DNA of 63,900 nucleotides, the filler included, from Octopus bimaculoides (Eukaryota), in the NCBI RefSeq assembly GCF_001194135.2. It is 7 parts of 6 records of this genome, joined end to end, with 100 filler letters (N's around TTAATTAATTAA, not from the genome) between each part and the next. Parts side by side here need not be neighbours in the genome. Positions count along the whole stretch, not along the records: positions 42,309 to 55,363 come from NC_069002.1; positions 55,464 to 58,067 come from NC_068998.1; positions 58,168 to 62,240 come from NC_068984.1; positions 62,341 to 63,900 come from NW_026316655.1; 3 more parts are not named here. One strand, given 5' to 3'. The notes under the pieces were generated by a model. The model saw only the letters and a list, made by a program, of their open reading frames with translations, did not search any database and was not told the origin of the DNA. Every line of letters starts with the position of its first letter. Position 1 is the first letter of the stretch. A program made the translations under genes and the position numbers. Positions 54,675 through 63,900 of the stretch are shown one piece after another.

Positions 54675-55038
54675 AAGGAAAAATCTCAACAATTTTTGTT
54701 GTTGTAATGATGGATGTATGTACGTACGTACGTACATACAAACATACATACATACATGCATGCATAGGTACTTACATGCATGCATACATACATACATTAA
54801 TACATACATACATACATACATATATGCATGCATAGATACATGCATACATACAAACATATACATACATTCGTGTATATATATATATACATATGTACATATA
54901 TATATATACATACATGTATGTATATGTTTGTATGTATGCATGGTTGTATGCCTGTATAAATGTATGTATGTTTGTATGTACGTATGTACATACATCCATC
55001 CATCATTACAACAAAAAAAATTGTCGAAATTTTTCCTT
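54675..55038. repeat. Palindromic element: unique inverted arms enclosing (CATA)n/(TATG)n
   Basis: aaggaaaaatctcaacaatttttgttgttgtaatgatggatg pairs with catccatcattacaacaaaaaaaattgtcgaaatttttcctt. Confidence 0.8.
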
Positions 55039-55057
55039 CTGCCATTATATATATATA

Positions 55058-55363
55058 TTAGGTTGTCAAGTATGAAATTTTTAGTAAGGTATATGGTAAA
55101 CTTTGACAGCTACTCATTTTGCACCGTTATTATATTTTGACAATCTTTATTTTTTGTTAGAAAGCTGACACACCTATTTCTTTATTCAAACTCTTTTTAC
55201 GCCTTATAAAGTAATTTATAAATCAATTTTTGCTATTTTTGTTTAGAGATGACTAAGTCGGAAATTCGTACAGTTTTGAAATATGAGTTCTTTCTTGGAA
55301 ATACAGCATCACAGAGAGCTCGGAATATTAATGGAGTATTTCATTCTAATGTTATTACACAAC
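55058..55363 (+). mobile_element. 5' end of a second, different mariner, cut by a spacer
   Basis: TA|TTAGGTTGTCAAGTATGAAAT TIR-like start. ATG at 55249 gives MTKSEIRTVLKYEFFLGNTASQRARNINGVF, a typical mariner N-terminal HTH. Confidence 0.85.
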
Positions 55364-55463
55364 NNNNNNNNNNNNNNNNNNNNNNNNNNNNNNNNNNNNN
55401 NNNNNNNTTAATTAATTAANNNNNNNNNNNNNNNNNNNNNNNNNNNNNNNNNNNNNNNNNNNN

Positions 55464-55504
<41 letters not shown>

Positions 55505-56389
55505 ACGAACACGAATTGGCGAATTGACGAATGAACGAGTGAAAAAATGAACCAACCAGTACACAGAGGCTGACGTAAACACTATACACACACTCATATA
55601 CATTCACACACATACACACACGCACACATACATACATGCATACATAAAAACATATATAGATAGACAGATATAAATAAATACACAGATATATAAACATATA
55701 CACAAACAATCACATATATATATATACATACAATACATGCGTACGTATCAACTGGTACAGTTGTATCTTCCTGGGTCTATAAATAAAGCCAGTCTCCAGC
55801 GATCTAACGGCGTAGTTGAAGTTTAGATCGGAACCACATAACGACGAACTCATTATTTATACACCAAACCACACAGCACATCGCCAGTCAACACTTACAG
55901 TACATCTCATTGTACCATACAAGTTACCATACCGAAAGGACACCAATAATCCGATTAATTAGTAAGTATAACAATCACTACGTCTCTAATTAGCTTCCAA
56001 TTAATCCTATACTGTGGCAGTCAACATTTTCGTTTTCTTATATTCACTGAATATATACATTGAGAGAGTGTTTCAGTGTGAATGAGGTGAACTGAGACGA
56101 ATATATATATAACAACGTTTGTGTTTTGTACTGTTAGGATTTTTCGTTGTTGCTTTGTTTGGAAGTTTCGCTTTGCGGTAAGTCCTACGTTACGTATTGT
56201 TTGCACGTCTGTATGTTTGTATTTGTATGGTCTGTGCTGTTTTTCATCGGTATTTGTTCTTTGTCGACTTTTAAGGTTTTATTGTGTAATTATTGTACGG
56301 GTATACACTTGTATAGACGGATATACACTTGTATAGACGGGTATAGACGGATATACATTTGTATACATGCGTATTTATCAAAAATGTTT

Positions 56390-56413
56390 CCATCCATCCA
56401 TCCATCCATCAAA

Positions 56414-56469
<56 letters not shown>

Positions 56470-56500
56470 CAATCTGTCTGTCTGTATGTTTGTCTGTCCG

Positions 56501-56556
<56 letters not shown>

Positions 56557-56592
56557 CCAACCACCCTGTCTGTATGTCTATCTTTCTGTCTG

Positions 56593-56663
<71 letters not shown>

Positions 56664-56665
56664 GC
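56390..56665. repeat. Compound (CATC)(CT)(CTAT)(CTGT) microsatellite
   Basis: Direct reading. Confidence 0.95.
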
Positions 56666-57012
56666 CACCCCACTCAATACTATACTTCCTCAGTTATGGA
56701 TCCTTTCTTACAAACTAGTAGGTGGCCTCACTAATGCCAGTGCCACGTGGAAAGCACCCATTACGCTCTGGAATTGAAGGGAATCCAACTGTAAAAACCA
56801 CGAACCTTGCTAAAGCAGACATTGGAAATTGACTCAGTCATCTGGCTCGTTAGCCCTTATCGAACTGTCCATCTCATGCTTGCATAAAAAACGGACGTGA
56901 AATGATGATGATGATTCGACTCATTGGACCCCAAGAATTTTGACCAAGCAGACGACGTCCGGCGAAGAACGAGAAGTTGACCAGCGTTGACATTTTGAAC
57001 GAGGTTCAACAG

Positions 57013-57104
<92 letters not shown>

Positions 57105-58167
57105 ACCTGCATACAGACGTGTCATAGACTGGCTGTGGAATCTGTGTTGTCATCTTCCAAGATGACACATTAGCACTTGTCCGCACACAATGGAGAGTAT
57201 TGTTAGAAGCACTCAAAACTCACATATATAAAAACACGTGCTGGTCGTTGGACTCTCAAAAAGAAGAACAAACGTCCATTTAGTGCCAAAGGAGAATATC
57301 TTCGGAAGGAGAACACAATGCATTGTTTCTTGTGTTTTCCTTCAATTCGATGTTCCATGGAGAGCAGAAATTCCAAAGCCTGAGATGCGGTCAATGGAGT
57401 GGTCCGGGTTGGTTTTAGGAGTCTTTTGGAAGAAGACTACGAAGTTGCTAGGTGAAATGATTTCTCAAACAACGGCATGCCCCATCAACGTAGGGGGACC
57501 CCCGTCCTGTTTCTATGAGATTTATTCGTTTTATGCCGGCGGATCCACAACTGAAGTCTTGTGTAAAAAATTCTTACTGCGATGATTGAGATGGCGATGG
57601 ATGTGACGTCATTGATGTAGAAACTGATGCGAGATATGCGGCGACTGCAATTGAAAGTATCCTGTGTAGAATTTCCGAGGGATCTGAGAACTTTTAAAAC
57701 GTTACAGAGCACCCCCCTCTCTCTCCAAACGAGCTCTGCTTTGTTTAGTTACAGATTAAGTTTTATCTCTTTCAAGAGAGACTAAGCGAGTTTGATTTTC
57801 ACGCCTATGCACAATGCTTCTATCGTGGGACCCAGTAAAAGGCTTTCTACCATAGCAGAAGGATAGAACCGTCGGTGGAGGATGATTTTTACCAACCATG
57901 CACTGAAGTCCTTCAATTCAATCTAATTCATCCTGTATATTCGAAGATTCTCTTCTCCACGGACATCGAGCCATTATGCACCGTTGCCTCTATTCCACGC
58001 GTACATCAACGCTTCCTTTAAAATGAAACCATATCTCAGTTATATTTTAACCAAATTTTTTCAGCCANNNNNNNNNNNNNNNNNNNNNNNNNNNNNNNNN
58101 NNNNNNNNNNNTTAATTAATTAANNNNNNNNNNNNNNNNNNNNNNNNNNNNNNNNNNNNNNNNNNNN

Positions 58168-58227
<60 letters not shown>

Positions 58228-58383
58228 GAGAAAGCCGCTTCATCACATTGCAATGGATTACAATCAAAGACAGCTAATAATAATTAAGCTCTGAATATAA
58301 CACCACCTTAAGAGAGTTCCGGATTCACTAATTTTAATAACCCTTTGATAACATTACCCTGATGATAATAAGCGGCTTCTACC

Positions 58384-58422
<39 letters not shown>

Positions 58423-58699
58423 TGTATGTGTGTNNNNNNNNNNNNNNNNNNNNNNNNNNNNNNNNNNNNNNNNNNNNNNNNNNNNNNNNNNNNNNNNNNN
58501 NNNNNNNNNNNNNNNNNNNNNNNNNNNNNNNNNNNNNNNNNNNNNNNNNNNNNNNNNNNNNNNNNNNNNNNNNNNNNNNNNNNNNNNNNNNNNNNNNNNN
58601 NNNNNNNNNNNNNNNNNNNNNNNNNNNNNNNNNNNNNNNNNNNNNNNNATGATAATTACAAACTATATGTACTAATTTGTTTCTTTGCCGTTCCTTATA

Positions 58700-59443
<744 letters not shown>

Positions 59444-60748
59444 ACATTAAATTTTTCGATTTTGTTTTAATTTCATTTGATTTTGCCAGACTTTTTCATT
59501 CAAATTTTGTCACCATATTAAAACTAGTATACAATTGACTTTGTTTTTTTTTTTTTCTTTTTAACTCCGTTTTTCTTTTCTTTTAGGCATTTGTCTTCGC
59601 AAATTTTATTTGTTGTTGTTGTTGTTGTTGTTGTTGTATGTTGTATGTTTTTCTTTAATCTTTAGTCAGCCTAGATTGAAATCTTGTCCGCATGTTCATG
59701 ACTGAAAAGGTCGTTTGATTTGGGGGTGCTGATTGCTCGTTATGTCGATATAAGTTCATACTGGCCTTCAACATCCCAAATGGTATCGGCCATATACAAC
59801 ACGTGGCGCCATCTTTGTATTGTAAAAAAATCCTTGCAAAATATGTTCACCTCATTTCCTTCTCTCTCTCTCTTTTTCTTTCATTTCAAAAAACGTTTCC
59901 CCACATCTTTTCCTATACACAGCACCATTTGAAAGGTGGTATGTGCGGAAAAAGTACTTTCATTGCCGTACATATGCGGTGTGAATGTTTTTTGAGTAAT
60001 AAACAATGACAAAATAAAATGAAAGTAACTTCGTGTCCTGTTTGTCGCCAAAGCTCTATCCCTTTTCATTTGAATATTCAACATGAGTCAACTTATAAAC
60101 AAAATCTTCTACACTTGCAGTTGAACATCGATCGTAATTTTTTCTTTTCTTTTCAACGAATAAGTTTGAAATGTTTTAAAATAAATACCTGGTAAATAAA
60201 TTATCTTGGATTAAATGCTGGAAACTCCGATTCTTACAGCTTTGTAGGGATTAACAAAGCTTAACAAGTCCTTAAATCTGTTCGGCGCCTTCAGTGATTG
60301 CACATGTAATATATGGTTTAAATACTATATATGATACAATTCGGAGATTCATTTAGGAGTTATGAAGACGTACCGCTTAAATGACGGTATGCTGTTATTG
60401 TTGATGTTGTTGTTGTAGTGATGGTGGTTGTTGTTGTTTGGTCCGAAGTAGGCTTTGATGGGGAAGACATTCGAGTAAAGGTTAAACAAGCCAACAGTAT
60501 ATCCGATCTTCGTCTCAAGTATACCTTACATTAATCACATTGTTTTGTGTGTGTGTGTGCGTGTGCGTGTTGGTATATATGTGTTTGTAAGCATGTGTCT
60601 TTGTACTTAGATCTATGTATATAAGTTAGTGTATATACGTATGCATATACATTACATATATGTAAGTATATATATACACAAACACACATGATGAAATATG
60701 TATTCATATATATATATGACGTCCTGTACCCATATATGCATATGTATA

Positions 60749-60808
<60 letters not shown>

Positions 60809-61120
60809 TGTATGTCCGTACGTACATACGTGTGCATGTGCATATACATTTCAGTCTACAAACAACTTGAAAGGGAAATGCATAATGCGATTACTTATTG
60901 CAGTGGTGAGATATACTCTGTGTTGCCACTCAGAGTTTCACGAAAGCTCGCTCATCACAAATGTTGAACAACCATCAGCGAATCTTCGTAAAACCCAGAG
61001 AAACAACAGAGAGTAATTTGAACACTGAAATACACACACACACACATACATACATACACACACACACACATATAAACATATATACATATACATATATATA
61101 TATACATATATCTATCTATC

Positions 61121-61155
<35 letters not shown>

Positions 61156-61344
61156 NNNNNNNNNNNNNNNNNNNNNNNNNNNNNNNNNNNNNNNNNNNNN
61201 NNNNNNNNNNNNNNNNNNNNNNNNNNNNNNNNNNNNNNNNNNNNNNNNNNNNNNNCGGACACACACACACACACATCTTGTATTAGTTTCAGCTCGACAG
61301 TTGCAGCCATGCTGGGGCATGCGCCGCCATTGTCTTTGTTACAT

Positions 61345-61720
61345 TTTCACTACTTGGATCCATGTCTGCCATGTTGCATTTCGTGAATGAAGGAGTTCGA
61401 TATTATTGCCCTTGACTGCGTTTCCTGCCGCGATGTATATTTATCCGGAACGTTTGACAGGAGGATATCCAGTTTTGTCTTCAGGACACCAACATCCACT
61501 CCATCCACGTCTCTCATGTTCTTTGGGAGGATCTTGAATGGTTGTGTGTCCTTTAAGCTCTAGCGGATGCTATCGGGTCCTGTATCTTGATGGCAATGCT
61601 GAAATATTTGGCATTATGCAATGTCGCCTTCTTCTGTGATTTTGTGTAATTTTCAACGCAGAAGTTTGGTACAAATCCTTCCAGAATTTTTTTAGATATA
61701 TATTACTATATAATATAGGT
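61345..61720 (-). mobile_element. CR1-like LINE 3' fragment
   Basis: KILEGFVPNF..RHCIMP..PSRYRT..KILPKNMRDVDGVDVGVLKTKLDILLSNVPD..SNSFIH, the CR1-type C-terminus. Confidence 0.7.
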
Positions 61721-62399
61721 ATAATTCTACATGCCTAGGAAGTGGAGTCTTAATTATTTTAGCTTTTCCCCAATAGCTGACGTGTCTCATTCAGACGCTC
61801 TTTTTTGTATAACTTCGAGTTTTGCCCTTAATTTTAGTCTAAGCGGCTGAGGACAAATGTCCTCCAGAGGACTATCATGGTTTTCTCTACTCTCTTCCTG
61901 AAAGTTCTCTGGGCGTACTCGTAACGTTTTTTTTTTTGTTTTTTTTTTTCAAGGAGACTCAAAATGACACAGAATGTGACAAGGCTAACCCTTTCAAATA
62001 CAACTATTACTCATTGTTGCTAACCGAGTGAACTGGAGTAACGTGAAATAAAGTGTGTTGCTGAAGGACAGAACGCGCCGCCGGCAGTCGAACTCACGAC
62101 CTTACGATAGTGAAACAAATGCCCTAACCAATAACCCACGCATCTCCATACACACACACACACACACACACAGATATATATATATGTATGTTTATATATA
62201 CACTATATACACATACATATATGCATATATTCACATACATNNNNNNNNNNNNNNNNNNNNNNNNNNNNNNNNNNNNNNNNNNNNTTAATTAATTAANNNN
62301 NNNNNNNNNNNNNNNNNNNNNNNNNNNNNNNNNNNNNNNNACCAGCATGACCGCAGCCACTTGGCTGAAACACGTAAATAAATAAATAAAAAATACACA

Positions 62400-62537
62400 T
62401 AATATATTCATATATACATATATACATGTATATACATACATATATTATATACGTGTATATATACACATATATATACATATACTATATACATATATGCATA
62501 TATATATATATATATATTTTATATACATATATATATG

Positions 62538-62606
<69 letters not shown>

Positions 62607-62729
62607 TATATACATATATATATATATGCATATACATATTATACACATACATTTATATCATACATATATGGATATATATATATATATGTACATACATAAA
62701 CTATATACATATATATATATGCATATATA

Positions 62730-62817
<88 letters not shown>
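62400..62817. repeat. (TA)n/(GA)n field
   Basis: Direct reading. Confidence 0.95.
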
Positions 62818-62821
<4 letters not shown>

Positions 62822-63144
62822 GATATTACATAATAGTAACCCCTATATGCATAAATATTTGTTTACATGAAAAAAAAAAGACAATATTGTAAGTAAAAAT
62901 CTAAACCGAAGCTTCATAGAAATTCAATAACACACAAAACTTCTAGTGATTTATCAAATTCAGTTCATTTATTTTATCCTCTATTGAAATGTAGAGGCTG
63001 ATCACAAAATATGATTAAATATAAACAATTCTCCACCAAGTCTGAACTCATTGAATATAAACAAAAAGATTTAAAAAAAAAAATAAAGGGAAATAGAGAT
63101 AGCAGCAGATAAAGATCAATGAGTTATGTAAGCTATGGCATTAC

Positions 63145-63410
63145 CTAGCTTGAATAAGCTCTGCTGGTACTGTTAGTGTTGAGTTAGTCTTAATGCTATT
63201 AGAAAGATTAAGATCACTTGATAATGTGCTTAGCGTAATGATGTGAGCAGTTCCATTAGCGACGTGTTGTGAGGCATCTGACAAGTTGTCTGCTGCCACA
63301 GCTATATTGTCTGTCTCTATTGATTCATGAACATCCAACTCACTGTCATCAGATTCGGAGTCACTATCAAAATCTGATTCCAACTCTGCTTGAGTACTTG
63401 CTTCTTTCAT
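63145..63410 (-). CDS. Internal coding exon of an unidentified gene, acidic Ser/Asp/Glu-rich
   Basis: Pyrimidine-rich acceptor tttttccttccaatgtttcag|ATGAAAGAA and donor GCTAG|gtaatg. Open frame MKEASTQAELESDFDSDSESDDSELD...VPAELIQA. Not a simple repeat. Confidence 0.6.
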
Positions 63411-63900
63411 CTGAAACATTGGAAGGAAAAATGTTATTAAAATCTAAAATTAATACAGAGAAAAGAAAAAGAAATCACTTGAATCAATAAATTGCAATTC
63501 ATTTTATACACAACATTTATCAATATGAAACATTATAAACTACACTCCTTGATAGTAACTTCAAACCCTAATTAGTAATCGGTGAAAACTTTACACCTAA
63601 TATGCACCATCACTGTCATTGTTTTAACATCTACTTTTCCATACTTGCATGGGTAGACAGAATTCATTAAGGCAGATTTTATAGGACTGAATGCCCTTCC
63701 TGGTGTCAACCATCACCAGTTTCCAGGCAAGGTATTTTTTTTTTGCATGACCAGGCATGTCTTTCATGGATTACTGGAAACAGCGTCACTTGTATGAGTA
63801 TGATGCTCATTTACGACCATCATGTAGTGTCAAGACAAGGGCTGCAAAAGAGATGCAGCACAGAATTTTGTCAGTGAACAGGTTGCAGTCTCAAAGCGAC

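Noticed and set aside
57550-57650. Small minus-strand exon (ttgcag|..CGCA|gtaaga) phase-compatible with the Lbx donor (VAAYLASVSTSMTSHPSPSQSS)
   Set aside because: It lies upstream on another scaffold piece and shows no recognisable Lbx similarity; it would need misordered scaffolds and transcript support.

Overview
AT-rich, microsatellite-dense animal genomic DNA. The protocadherin type and SINE landscape point to an octopus/coleoid cephalopod (inference). The window is stitched from seven pieces joined by six artificial 100-bp spacers (44N-TTAATTAATTAA-44N), so adjacency across spacers is unproven. Genes supported by the sequence: two tandem head-to-tail protocadherins (19054-20981 with a gap and two short cytoplasmic exons; 25533-26503 partial, with a predicted 5' leader exon at ~21.98-22.33 kb); a large low-complexity exon of an Lbx/ladybird-type homeobox gene (minus strand, 47242-48796+); an acidic exon of an unidentified gene (minus strand, 63145-63410); and a decayed class C GPCR (mGluR-like) pseudogene at ~10.7-17.1 kb that the ORF track misses. 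The GPCR motif matches were made by eye. Mobile DNA: two mariner elements, a cluster of R4/Dong-like RLE retroelements in (TAA)n repeats, CR1-like fragments, several tRNA-derived SINEs, a ~2.5-kb foldback-like inverted repeat and several hairpins. Most listed ORFs are microsatellite or N-gap artefacts. Most interesting leads: a spliced uORF whose stop overlaps the protocadherin start (AUGA), EC2-focused divergence between otherwise near-identical protocadherins, and a predicted Ca2+-free EC3-EC4 linker.
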